A stretch of DNA of 64,000 bases from Eremomyces bilateralis CBS 781.70 (lineage: Eukaryota): assembly GCA_010015585.1 (NCBI GenBank), contig ML975153.1; one strand, given 5' to 3'. The notes beneath the pieces are model-generated. The model searched no databases. It was not told the origin of the DNA and saw only the letters and a list, made by a program, of their open reading frames with translations. Shown piece after piece: positions 13,624 through 25,737 of the stretch (within the stretch, counting starts at the first letter, position 1; the number at the start of each line of letters is the position of its first letter). Made by a program: the position numbers and the translations under genes.

Positions 13624-14136
13624 TTTCGGTTTTGAATCCCAAGTTGCTTCAAAGACGATAGACAGCCGGTTGGCGAAGATAGGATTTCAGGTGTTGCGGT
13701 GTGGTAAGAAAGCTCCTTGGTGAGTTGGTTTGCGTTGTCTGGTTGCGTTGCGTGGTGGAAGCCTTCAGAGTTCAGAGCTTAGAGCTCCGAAACGCATTGC
13801 AGCACAGCGGACGTGAGGGACCGGACCTGCAGCTGCTCTGTGGCTGTGCACATCCATTGTCTAGCGCTTAGGCAACAACTAGGCCATTAGGCATCATATT
13901 TAGATCCCTCCCCCAAACTCCGGTCTCCAAGAGTCCAAGTCCATCTTCATGTCCATACTGGCTTCCGATACTGCAGCTACACCTTCCCGCCGCCTTGCAG
14001 ATGCGACGATTGCTATACCGGTAGTACCTAGAATCGGTCCGACGATATCGCCTTTCCCGTCTATCCCGTACCCTTCAAAGTCTACCCGCGCTTCCCCATC
14101 AACCGTCGTTGCTCTAGGACATCCTCCGTCGTCAAG

Positions 14137-14649
14137 ATGACGGCCGGCTTGAAGACTATCATCGCCCTCTCCTTCGTTCGTAGTCACTATACCGGCCTTT
14201 CAAACCGTACCAAGCTAATCATATTCAAAGGTCCTTGCGATCGGTTTCCTCCTGGTCATCCTATCCTCCGCCCTGTGGAAGAACTACCTGCCCTTGCTCG
14301 TCGTCGCAACATACGTAATCGCGCCCGTCCCGAACTGGTTGTGTGGACGAGCCGCCAGCCATGACGACTTTATGGAGAGCTCCGGGAGTGCAGTGGTCGA
14401 CTTTGGGAAGTTCTTGACCGGGTTTTTCGTTGTAATGGGAATCGGTACGGACCTGCTGTTGCCTATCGAGGCTGCTCTGCGCCAAGTTCTATTGAAATGC
14501 TAACTCCTGATATAGCGCTACCCGCCTTGCTCGCCCACACTGGAGATATTGTCTATCAGGCTATGGTCATGTCCATTGTCGGCGGTCTCCTGATTTACGG
14601 CACCATCATTACTTTCACCATGTTCTTTCAAGAAGAGCAGGACTTCTGA
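14137..14649 (+). CDS. VPS55: Vacuolar protein sorting protein 55 (OB-RGRP/Vps55 family)
   Basis: MTAGLKTIIALSF/VLAIGFLLVILSSALWKNYLPLLVVATYVIAPVPNWLC...DFGKFLTGFFVVMGI/ALPALLAH...FFQEEQDF*. Confidence 0.93.
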
Positions 14650-14965
14650 AGCGTTGTGACAGACTGTAGTGTTACATTACATATATGGATTAAATCGGGT
14701 GTTCCAGTTGGCAGTGCGTTTGGATCAGGATCATAGCGTATCGAATTATTCGAACAGCACGGATTTCAATATCAAGGCGTTGTATGTCACCGTGTATCAT
14801 TCGAAATGAACGGTAAATCTTTATAATGACCAGCGCGCAAAGCCAAACGCCGACATATGTCGCTAGCAAAGGTATACACGACTCCTGTTACTCCATGCCA
14901 GTTATCTGTACACGTAACGGTACCAGCCCCCTATTAGACAACCCAAGCGGACATTTCCAGATTGG

Positions 14966-15673
14966 TCACAGGGCAAGATTATAGGTATACTCGTCTTCCA
15001 TATTTTGAGCGACCCATAGGACAGCCGAGCTGCGAAACGTAAGCCTGGTGCCTGTGGAATTATGTATCCGATAACATACCTCAGCATGATCATAGAATTG
15101 GCAAGGACATTGGCCACGCCAAACCATAGGGTCGGGAACCCGTAGTCTGGAACAAGGTACTTCAATACCATGACAGTCTGCCAAAAATTGTCAGCGAGTG
15201 TACCAATGTAAGGCGAAGTCATTCAGGAGAACGTACAACACTGCCGGCCAGCCCGCCAGCCATCAGCGCAAAGCCCATGAAGAGCACCAGCCTTGCTTTC
15301 CAGGCCACGCCATTCCCACTGTAGCTGAAGCTGTCTCCGGTCAACCGACTCTTATCGATGCTGTTGATCACCAGCATGCCCAAAGCCGAGCAGATTCCCG
15401 GGATCCAGTCCACGAAATTGACGTGCACATCAGAGCCGTTCTTGGCCGACCTCGAATAGGCGGCGGCATCGATGAAGAAGAAGAAGCCCAGGGAGAACTG
15501 GAATCCGCGATTAGTTATTGCATCCGGAAGTCTGTCCAGCGCACCAAGGTAGGGAACGCCTAGAGGAACTAGTAACGTACGAGAGCTCCAGCGGAGTAAA
15601 CGCCTGCAGCACGCGCATTTGCGCTGTTCATCCACTGCGGCCTTCGGAACCGGAACAGGCGGTTTTCAGACAT
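14966..15673 (-). CDS. VPS68: Vacuolar protein sorting protein 68 (UPF0220/TMEM50 family)
   Basis: MSENRLFRF...GVYSAGAL/FSLGFFFFIDAA...FVDWIPGICSALGMLVINSIDK...WKARLVLFMGFALMAGGLAGSV...SSAVLWVAQNMEDEYTYNLAL*. Confidence 0.92.
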
Positions 15674-15912
15674 GATGTGGTCGAAAAAGTGCGGGAGTCG
15701 GGACAATGTGTGTCGAGATGGAAGCAGGAAGACTCAAGCTGTATGAACTTGGGAAATTATAAAGCCAAACCGGAAAGGCAGCAGTGGTCGACTCGTCGTA
15801 ACTCGTACACCAGCAAGCAGCATGCGACCCTCTGTAACGCTGACGACCGATGGAGGTCGTTCTGGCTGCGGCTTGGGGGATTCACCCGAAGTTCTTCCGT
15901 GCTAAACCAGAG

Positions 15913-15940
15913 CACGTGACAAAGAATATCTGCACGTGAC
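15913..15940. promoter_or_regulatory. Twin CACGTGAC E-boxes (Cbf1/bHLH-type) in the VPS68-LOC1 divergent promoter
   Basis: GCACGTGAC occurs twice, 20 bp apart (CACGTGAC at 15913 and 15933). Confidence 0.55.
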
Positions 15941-16107
15941 CGGATTGAGAGAGTGGCGGTGTAGTGACAGGGATAAATAGGGCCCGTTTTAAAATTGATC
16001 CTTGCACCGCAGGATCTTGATCTGGAATCTGGATATCCTGGCCGTGGCCGTACATTGACACGGATAGTTTTTCTGTTCTCCGATCTACCCAAAACAGCAC
16101 ACCAAAA

Positions 16108-16794
16108 ATGGCGAACACCAAACCATCAAACATGGCGAAGTCCAAGCCATCAAGTTCCAAGCCATCTTCCAAACCGGGTTCCAAGCCAGGTTCCAAGCCG
16201 TCAGGCTTGGGGGAGAAGAAGCGGACCGGGAAGCCTCGTAAGGCGAAGGAGGAGGTGAAGACCTCCCGAGAGAAGCAAGGTCCCAAAAAGAAGCGAAGAA
16301 CCTACACGGAGAAAGAGTTGGGGATTCCCACGTTGAACATGATCACCCCCGCGGGCGTCCAGAAACCTAGCGGGAAGAAGAAGGGCAAGGTCTTCGTGGA
16401 CGACCCGGACAGCCTGCAGACCATTCTTGCTATGGTGAACGCAGAAAAAGAAGGTCAAATCGAGTCAAAAATGACCAAAGCGGTGGGTTTATTTAGTTTA
16501 TTTGCGTACCTATACATCGTTTCTAATTGCGGACATATCCAGAGACATATGGAGGAGATTCGTGAAGCCCGCCGCAAAGAAGCAGAAGCTCGCCATGAGA
16601 GCAAGCGATCCAAGCTGGTAAGTGAACATCTATCTACCGCTGAAGTGAATATGTTGTTGACCGTACGAAAGGAGGAAACCAAAGGCGAACTGAAGCGCCA
16701 AAAGAAAAGACCCTCGGAATCTGACTCAGTCAAGCCGGAGGGCGAAGACTCTCAGGCTCGTGGGAAAGCCAAAAAGCGGGTATCCTTTGGATAA
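16108..16794 (+). CDS. LOC1: 60S ribosomal subunit assembly/export protein Loc1
   Basis: Lys-rich; [34 protein letters not shown]...[17 protein letters not shown] segment; two in-frame introns (16483-16542, 16618-16671). Confidence 0.9.
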   Translation: MANTKPSNMAKSKPSSSKPSSKPGSKPGSKPSGLGEKKRTGKPRKAKEEVKTSREKQGPKKKRRTYTEKELGIPTLNMITPAGVQKPSGKKKGKVFVDDPDSLQTILAMVNAEKEGQIESKMTKAVGLFSLFAYLYIVSNCGHIQRHMEEIREARRKEAEARHESKRSKLVSEHLSTAEVNMLLTVRKEETKGELKRQKKRPSESDSVKPEGEDSQARGKAKKRVSFG

Positions 16795-16842
16795 AAGAGC
16801 TGGACTTGTACATTATGCCCGAAGATACCACCGGAATGGCAG

Positions 16843-18318
16843 CTATATGGCCAACTGCAGTTTCCGTCGCATTGGGTGGAATTCAGGGGACCCATTTCCC
16901 GCATGCTTATATACTGGATCGTCCGATTGCACTGACTGCACTGAGTCCAAATCGATATCCTTGGCCATCGTCTTGAAAAATTTTCCGACCTAGAGGGATG
17001 AGTCAGGACGATCAGGCAGAACGGATAACAACTTACAGCTCGTGCAAACCACCTGCTTCCTCCAGTTTCAAACCAGGCAAGGTGGCCTCCGAGGGACGTT
17101 GTACAAAGAACGGCATATGGGTTGAACTTAAACTCCTCGAACGGAATGGCAGCTCGGACGGCAATCTACGGCTCCAGTCAGTGAGTGGGTTCCCTAAGGA
17201 AGATATGGTCTTACAGGATCATCGGTTGCATTGATGGCTAGCAAAGGAGTCCTCACCGCAAGCAATGCGTCGGAGGAGGAAGCGTCCCTATAATATGCGC
17301 CCTCTGATGGGTACCCCCATGTGGGCCCTTGCACATGTCTGAAGAGGTGTCAGCTTTGAGCGTCGCAGTCCAAGTCTGTGTGAAATACCTATCGAACTCA
17401 TAGAGATACGTCGAGTTTCGAACAGCATCAATATCAATGCGGGGGTTTTTTGCAATTTGCTCCCAGTGTCTAGATCGTCAGTGGACTGCTTTTGCCAGGT
17501 GTTCGAGATTTGCCTCACTGTTCGAATAATCCTTTCATGTTCGTACCCATAACTTTTGAGTAAACGTTCAACCCCAGGAAGGAATTTTGGAGGACATGGT
17601 TGCTAACATCCAGATTCCATGGATTTGAGCAGACCACCGCGGCTTTGATGACGCTGTTGTCTCCCTCTTCTCCCAAATAGTTGGTCAAGATGTTCGCACC
17701 CAATGAGAACCCTACGGCAAACAGCGGGCGATTGGGAAACGTCTCCCGGAGCCACTTCACCAGTTGCCGGACATCCCAAGTGGCTCGGGCATTAAACAGC
17801 ACCTCGCTGGTGATCTGCGACCTGGCGCAGCCTCGCGCATTGATGACGCACGCTTCCCAACCGCCCTCGTTGGTCACCTCTTCCAAGGCATGCCGCAGAT
17901 AGACCTCGTGGGAGCCGCCGCTCAAGCCGTGAAGGAGCACTAGCATCGGTTTGCCATCCTCGGAGCCGATACCCTTGAATTCTTCGTCCGTAAAGAAGGT
18001 GGTCCTCGGGGGCAGAGACACGTCCGGCTTGTCTGCTTTGCTGTCCACCACGAAATCCACAGCGAAACTGCCCACAAATGCCGGGTTTTCGGCCTGGAAT
18101 ACCCTACGCCTGTAGTGCGTCTTGGGAGCAGCCTGGTTCACGGCCGTCCAGCAGGTTTGTACATGACCATTGAAAAGGAGTGGATTCAAGTGGCAAGGCG
18201 GGATAACTTTTCGAACAATCTCCGCGAATTCCGTCTCCTTTCCCCCGTTCGTCTTGAAGTTAACCGTCCTTTCCGGGTAGATAAAGGACATATCCGCATG
18301 TCCAATCCATGAAGCCAT
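16843..18318 (-). CDS. Alpha/beta hydrolase, EHT1/EEB1 (ABHD1/3-like) acyltransferase/esterase
   Basis: NPLLFNGHVQT, LHGLSGGSHEVY, GFSLG nucleophile motif, NATDDP acid, GGHLAWFE His; further exons reconstructed to stop at 16843. Confidence 0.9.
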
Positions 18319-18853
18319 CTTAAAAAACAGGCGTTAGCGGAAGTAGTCAAAGCGAGAGAATAAGTAGGTCGGCAGAATAGATCAGGTTTAAAACGCTACG
18401 CCAAAATCTAGGACAGGACATAAAAACACTATTCTTAAACCTTTTCTCTCTAATTCCCTCCCAAAGATGAACGTTGCAGAATCTCCCTAGTGTTGCCAGT
18501 TGCCACCTTTCGCGGTGGTTGTCTACCTAGTACAGGCCCTACAGGGAGAAAGGAACATGAACCGCGGTCCGGAGTGGTTGTCCAATCAAACGCGTCATGT
18601 CACTGGATCGCGTTCTGCGCCACATTCAACGTCTCTCCGTCATCCTGTCCGTCTCATGGATCTGTCCAACACTCCAACTTCAGCATCAGGACGGCTTTGT
18701 AGCAGTCTATATTCATTAATACCGTACCATCTTCATTAATATTACAACTGTCTACAAGTACTGCATTCGCCAGTTGTGCGTCAACTTTGCACATCCAGAA
18801 GGAGACCATCTATTTGCACCACCTACCACGGTGCTTATGACCATGTGCCCATC

Positions 18854-21438
18854 ATGAGTTGGCAGAACTATCCACCGACATACAATGGGATTCCTCCCCC
18901 GTATGGCACACCAAATAATGCCAACTTGCCCCCGCCTGATCAGTTTACACAGTCATTACCCGGACAGCCAATGCCATATGGCAGCCCTCACAACTTCCAA
19001 CAGTCGGAGTACGCGACTCCAAGGCAGAATGCGTCCAGCCATCCCGCTGGACCCTATATTAATATGCCCGGTCCGCAACAGCAACATGTGCACCAGAACT
19101 ACCAGGCCGTGAATCATCCGCAACCTCCACAACACCACATCCCCCAATTCCCACCCTATGGGCATCCTCAGGCCTATCATCCCCAATATTATGGACCTCC
19201 GGTTCAGAACCAGCAACCTCCACCCCCCATGCGCCAATTCTCACACTCCCAACCAGTCCCTCAACCAGGCCTACATGGGCAACCACAAGGTCAGCCACCG
19301 CGTCCGCCGCCTTCTAACCCCTCCCCTCAGCCCCAAGGGAGGAAGAATGTTGCGGTCGTGGTGCCTGGCCATTCAACGCAACATAAAGCTCCTAGTCAGA
19401 CAAAGAGGAAGAGTTCAACCCCCCGGGTTGATGACCAGCCTGCAGTTGATCATCAGAAGGTGCTGCTCTGTCTTGCCGAAGAGTACATCGCCGCCGCCCA
19501 TGGGATAGCTCCCCGTATTGCCAAAGACCCCGACCAGCGCGGGTTGGATGAGTATTCAAAACTCATGTCCACTGGTCTGGGGTGTATGGAGGCCGTGTTG
19601 AAGAATTTCCGCCTTCATCCACGTCAGGAAGCGAGTCTCCGGTTGAGATACGCGACGATCCTTAGCAAGGAGACTCAGAACCATGATTATGCTGAACTGG
19701 TTCTCACCAAATCCATCACTCTTTGCGACAGAAACAAACTGCTAGATCTCAAGTACAGCTCACAGCATCTCTTAGCGAGAGTTCTCTTCGAGACGCAACC
19801 GAGGGCAGCGTTGAAGTCACTGGATAAGTATGTTCAAGACGTCGAAGCGTAAGTATTCCTCTCTATCCTGGATTTCCACTCTCATTATAGACAGATATCA
19901 ACATGTTCCATGGATCTATGCATTTCGTTTCCTAAGGGCGACGCTTTCGTTGCAGTCTACTAGCCACGTTGACATCTCTGCTGGACTGTCCAATCTTCGA
20001 AGCGTCGTCGAAACGGCGAGTAAGTGTGGTGACCAATTCGTCGCCGCAATGGCAGCGGTAATGGAAGGCCTGGCCCACTTGATGAAAACTGGACCCGAAA
20101 GCGTACAACAAACACAACATGCAATTGCTCAAGCCAGGAAGTTGCAGCAGCAATGCGGCGGTACCAAGGCGCTACCGATCTGGCGGCTGCTCGACTGCGT
20201 GCACCTAGCCTCTGCGCTTCAGAGCTCCGACCGCGACCAAGCAAAGGCGGTCATGCAAGACATGCATGAGTCCATGGACGCCGAGGGAGAACGAGACATG
20301 TGGTCCGACGATGGCTCGTTCGGCGTCGAGATTCGAACCGCTCCTGGCAATGGACTCACGGACGATACAGGCGGCGTGTTCAGAAAGACGGCCGATGGGC
20401 GGGATGCTTTGGTGTTCTCCTGGTTGCGCCATGATGAGGTCTATCTTCTCGCTTATTATCTCAGCGGGTTCACGATGGACCTGCATCTGATGAACGACGG
20501 GCGGGCCCAAGAATTCTTAAAGTCGGCCTCAATCAAGCTGCAAGGTAATTTAAACCTCTAAAAACCTTGATTTCTCGGCTGACGAAAGGCAAATAGCAGA
20601 ATCGGCCGATAGCAAGGCATTCGGGGCTTTGAGCGACCAACTTGCGCACCAGAGCAGCCATAATCTCCTTCAATGGCAGATCCGCCTCCACGAAGCATTC
20701 ACCGCTAGCACCAGGGAAGACTGGAATGCCGCCCAACGTATCCTCGAACAGCTCTTTTCGTCCGTCCAAAACCACCAAGTGCCCCACAATCTCTTCCGAT
20801 GGGCAACCTATCTCTCCGGGCTCATTGCCCAAGGTCGCGGTAACTTAGATGAAGCGCTGTCGATCTTCCAGTCCCAAGTCTTTTCCCTTCCGTCGAGCCA
20901 AGCGGTACCCGATCTGTACGACCCGTACCTCACCCTCCGCATCCTCGCGAACCTCCACTCCCTACTGATCATCCGCGACCCGGCCCATCCGAAACATCAC
21001 GAATGCGAAGCGCTCCTCACGCACTTGGTCCCCTTCTGCGCGTCGCATCCGAACCGCAGCATCGTGTCCCTCTACTACATCGTCCGCACCGTGGCCGACT
21101 CCTCCACGTCCGGCGGCGTAATCGGCCCCAAGAAATCCCTGCAGCAAGCGCTGTTCGAATGCAAGGCTATCTCGAACAACCAGCTGCTGCGCGTCTGCAT
21201 GGGACTGGTGTGTTTGAAGTTCTTCCCCGGGATCGTGAGCGAGCAGTCGGTGAAGAGCGCGCGTGTCTTTGAGCGGCTGAGCAAGGAGAGCCTCTTGTGG
21301 AGTTGCGTCGCGGCGGGTAATATGGCGAGTACGTTGGAGGTGAACAATCATCGCGCCGAGGCGGATCAGGTGCGACGAGAGTCGGTGGCGAAGGTGGAGA
21401 GGTTGCCACAGGTATTAAGGAGGAGATGTGAGTTCTGA
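18854..21438 (+). CDS. Cohesin loading factor (Scc4/Ssl3/MAU2-like) with Pro/Gln-rich N-terminus
   Basis: LLCLAEEYIAAAH...YSKLMSTGLGCMEAVL...PRQEASLRLRYATIL...AELVLTKSITLC...DLKYSSQHLLA...WIYAFRFLR helical-repeat pattern of the fungal cohesin-loader family; 2 introns. Confidence 0.8.
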
Positions 21439-21752
21439 ATCACAGGTAGTGCGGAAAGATGGCGCTTCATTCAATGTGAAATGTATTTCAGCCAAGGCGT
21501 CTGGAGGCTCGGGGAGAATCGGTTCAAATGAATAATTACAGTAATAGCAAAATGATCCTGCGCCTCTAAACCGTGGGTATCCCAGGTGCCCATTCCAGTT
21601 GGTCTGTCCTCTGCCAGGGGACCATTTGTGAACCTTCAATCACTCCCATTCGCAAACGCCAGAGATCATCCAATCATACTTCCTGCATAACAGCGTTATA
21701 AACAGAACCGCCGTCATCACCGCTTCTGGATCGCCGATACCCAGCAACCATT

Positions 21753-24309
21753 TCACCATCCCAACACCTTCTCCCCCTTCATATCCTCCCCCTTCCTCCA
21801 CTCCTCCACCATCGCCACCGCCACCCTCACCACATCCAACGCGCTCCTCCCAACCGGGTTCCCCGTCCAGAAATCCCCCGACAAGTCGATTGGCCCCTGC
21901 GGCCCGCCTCCGACGCGTGGCTCGTTGCCCTTGCCCGCATCCTCCGGCACCTTCAACCGGTGCGCCCTGTGCGTGAACCACTGCGACGCGCCCATGGGCG
22001 GCTCCCGCTTGCTGGCCCGTTCCACCGTCCTCGGAAACGCGGCAGCCACGTGGTCGAAGAGGATGGAGGACGCTTTAGCGGACCAGGACAGCAGGCTCTC
22101 GTGGTTGTCGTGCAGCACGTGCGGGGGGGCGAGGTGCGCGGTCCAGGAGTTCTTGTCGACCGGGGCGGATTTGCCGGCGGTCCCGTTGGACGTCGACGGA
22201 CGGTTCCGTTCGTTCTTGCTCATTTCGTAGACCTGCTGTGCTACGTGGCCAATATGACTCGCGATGGCGACGCCGAGGGCGAAATGGATGCCGAGGAGCG
22301 GGCTGTACTTGCCGCCGTCCATCCCAATGACGTAGAAGCGCGCTCGGAACTCTTTCCAGAGGGGGAGCAGGCTTTTCCATTGTTCGAGGTCGCCGGGGGT
22401 GTTGTTGCGGAGGTACCGACGGTAATCGGCAAGGTAGAAGGAGAGCATGAAGGCCATTATGCATTCGAGGGATAGGAGGAGACTGGCTGCATGCTCACGG
22501 CTCGACGGATTGAATCGATTGGAGTTGAACATGTCACCGGAAGTCCGTTTCAGCTTGCGACCGAGGGTCGAGTATTGTTGGGCCAGGAGTTTCCAGTACT
22601 CGCATTCTTCGGGTGAGCTGGTGTTGCGCACTCGGGATCGTGGCCGGGTAGACGAAGATGGGCCGATGGAGGAGGGTGTGGCCGCGTTCGACGGCGCGCT
22701 GCCTGGAGTGTGGATTGTCGGGGTGATAAGTGCCGGCGGGGAAGACTGGTTAATGGCTGGAAGGCCATTACTTGGGGCGGCCTGAGAAGGCTTCTCTTTC
22801 GTTGGCTCTAGCACCGCAGAATCCTTAGACCGCCTCGTCGCAGGCGGATAGCTAACCGAAGTAGAGTCCGATCGCTCCTTAGAATTCTTGGCGACTTTCT
22901 CTCCTTTCACCGGATCCACTCGGTTGTTAGTTGTGTTGGTCACGTTGTCAGCGTCCTTCAACACGGACTGCAAGCGAGCTCTACTCGCTTTGCGGAACTT
23001 GAGGGTCGATATAAGCGATCGACGCCTCCCCGTCCCACCCGCCACTTCATCTGCCTCCCGAGGTACGTTCCGAGGTGGATCGTGATCAACCGAGTCTCCA
23101 TTTTTAGGTAAGCTTGGGCTTCCCGAAGGTTTTTTCATGGAGCGCGCAATGGCTTTTGGACCAGCCGAGGGATCGGGTGAGGCGACAGCTGGCGATTTGG
23201 GCGGAATCTTCTTGCCCGATTGCTTTCCTCCGCTCAGTTTCCGCAACTCAACTTCAATGGTTTCGGGAAGGTCGTCGTCGAGCATAGGTGGGAGACCCCA
23301 CGGTGGTGATTGACTTTTGGAATTTAGAGCAGAGTCACCATTCGACGGTGGCAGGGTAGGGGATATCATTGGGGGTAAGCCATGTGGTGTGAGATTCTCG
23401 GGATCGTGACGCTCGGTTGCAGATCCGTGGGAAATACGTTTTGATGGTTCTTTTCCAACGCTCGGAGGCGGCGGAGAGGACCGTGATTTCTTTGCTGGCT
23501 TCTGCTCTTCAGACGGGCGAGAATCCGCCTTGGGTTTGTGGGTGGACTTTGTCCCGATCGCTTCCTCGTAGGACCTTCGATTGTCAAATCAACAGAGTAT
23601 AGTAGCAGCTAAATTCGACATACCTCTTCCGGCTATGAGAATACCCTTGCTCAGATTCGCTTACATTGCGATGTTCTGAAAGTACATCATTCTCCGGTGC
23701 ATCCATCGGTCGCGTCATCGGCATCGCCGATAGCTTCGCTACCACTTGATCGAGATTGATTTCAGGAATACCCTTTCGAGCTTCGCCTCCAACAATCCGA
23801 GTTGGCCCAAAGGTTGGCGTTGGAGTGTTCGAGAGTTTGCCTTCTTTTTTCGCCTTATATTGCCCAAAGGTCAACTTCTTCCGGGGAGCGCTGGTGGCTG
23901 ACGTTGTGGGTCTCTCTTCGGCGTGTCCGTTCCTCTGTTTATCCTGAGCGCGGCGTTCTCTCTCTTGATCGAGTTTGGACTGCAGCATAAACAGAGTCTT
24001 TTCATGGTCCCTCAAGACGAAGGTTGAGTATTGGAGTTGGGATTCGTCGTATTCGAATAAAACGCCCTCGCAATGACCTTCCAGCCCAAAATGGCCGTCG
24101 AAGTATCGATATAGTGGAGGATCGTCGGGTACGGTAACTATATATGGATCGGTGGGAACAGCTTTATTGATACGTTCGACCGCAGCGTTCAGATGCTGTA
24201 GCTCCAGTTCTTCCTCCTGGTTCATCACGTATCGCGAAATGGAAGACTTAGAGCCAGGATGTGTCGAAAACGCGGTCTCCGAAGTGCGACTGAAAGGCAG
24301 TATGGACAT
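21753..24309 (-). CDS. Low-complexity protein with Ebp1/AF4-FMR2-like C-terminal helical domain (start 24309 or 24225)
   Basis: Two exons (intron ~23575-23623); long Ser/Pro/Lys-rich middle; C-terminal YSTLGRKLKR...SLECIMAFMLSF...WKSLLPLW resembles the AF4-family C-terminal homology domain. Confidence 0.55.
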
Positions 24310-25737
24310 GAGTGCTCCACGCAGGCGTCAGGTGAGGAGTCGAACGATTCCAAGCACAGGTAAGTCTCACTCCCAGTGAGCCGATCTAGCGCTCTACGCG
24401 GTCTCCACGAGCGCATATATTCTCGTGTACTTCGGTCGAGTCATCAGCGTGGTCGCTTGCAGATGCGTGCCAGGATATCAAACGGTTCGGTCGAGGATGA
24501 TGTTGGTTGAATGACAAGCAAAAGGAGGCTGCAATCGCTATTGGGAGCCAAAGGATCGGAAAACAGAGGGAAGGTGGCTTAAACGAATGTAAACAAAACA
24601 GTCGCTGCGGTGTCGCTGGAGCGTTTGCGCTCATTCACGTGGGATCTGAACCAGCGACTTCTGTTCAGCGCATTGTTGCCCAGTGGGAGTATTCATTCGC
24701 GTGGTGATCAACGCTCGTCTTATGGCCCAATTCAGCGTTCCGACAGCTTGTGTTCTTCGATATGGATGGCGAGGTCCAGACTGGTATCCGCGTAGGGGTA
24801 TGAGGCATCCAAAAGCTCAATGATCGACGTTGTGTGTGTACTCAGTTCGTCTCGAAAACCGACGGCGCGAAAACCAATGTTAAGCTCAGTGTCGCAAGTC
24901 GGGCACCATGTCGGACTCAACCTGACTTTGCGCTCAGCTTGGTAAGGACGGTGAGGAATCAGTCGCGAGGTTTCTTGGTTGCGCCGTGAAGGGATCTAGT
25001 GGAGTGATGATGCGCTCTGTGGATGGATAGAGGGGACGGAGGCATGACAGCAAGATGGAGGAGGTAGATAGTGTTAATGTGGCTGGAATTCTAAGGCCAG
25101 TGGCATCTGTGATCTGATATTCTGATATGGTTTATGGTATTATATTAGGTAGAGTAATAAGTGCAGTACCGGTAGGTACGGTAAGTAGGGAGTACAGTGT
25201 GGTATGTACAGTAGAACCCGAACATATAAATGAACGTGATGTAGAGGATGTGGAGGACAGGATGGGATGTGTGAAACTCTGCTGTGAATCAATCCGATGA
25301 AGTCAGGGAGGGAACACCACGTGCAGGGATCACATGTGGCGGTGCAGAGTAGAATGATCACGTGATACTATTGACCCAAACGAATGCCTTGGCAGCGGAG
25401 CAGGTTTGTCTCACACGCAGCCAGGCTTGCAAAGGCAGCTTAAGCACTGCTGCAGCGATGATGCTAGACGTCTACCCCCATTCCTGCAGCCGATCATATC
25501 AGATCAGATAATTGGTTCGTACATCTTTGGTGAGATGGATCGGCAGTATGTAATGCAGTTTGAATTACATGTAGGGCGTATGGCACTTGAGGCATTTAAG
25601 GAACCGTCAGCGGCACAATTGTAACACAAACTCGACTCCATCCCTAACATGTCCAGTCTCCTCCCGACCGATGAGATCGGTTGCTCTCAGTTTATGGTAT
25701 TGTTGAGCCTTCGCACTTCATCATAACTAAGTACGCC

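Noticed and set aside
18319..18340. Branch point plus acceptor (CTAAC...AAG) immediately before the hydrolase ATG, suggesting a 5' UTR intron or extra exon
   Set aside because: No convincing donor site or upstream coding exon could be fixed from the sequence alone.
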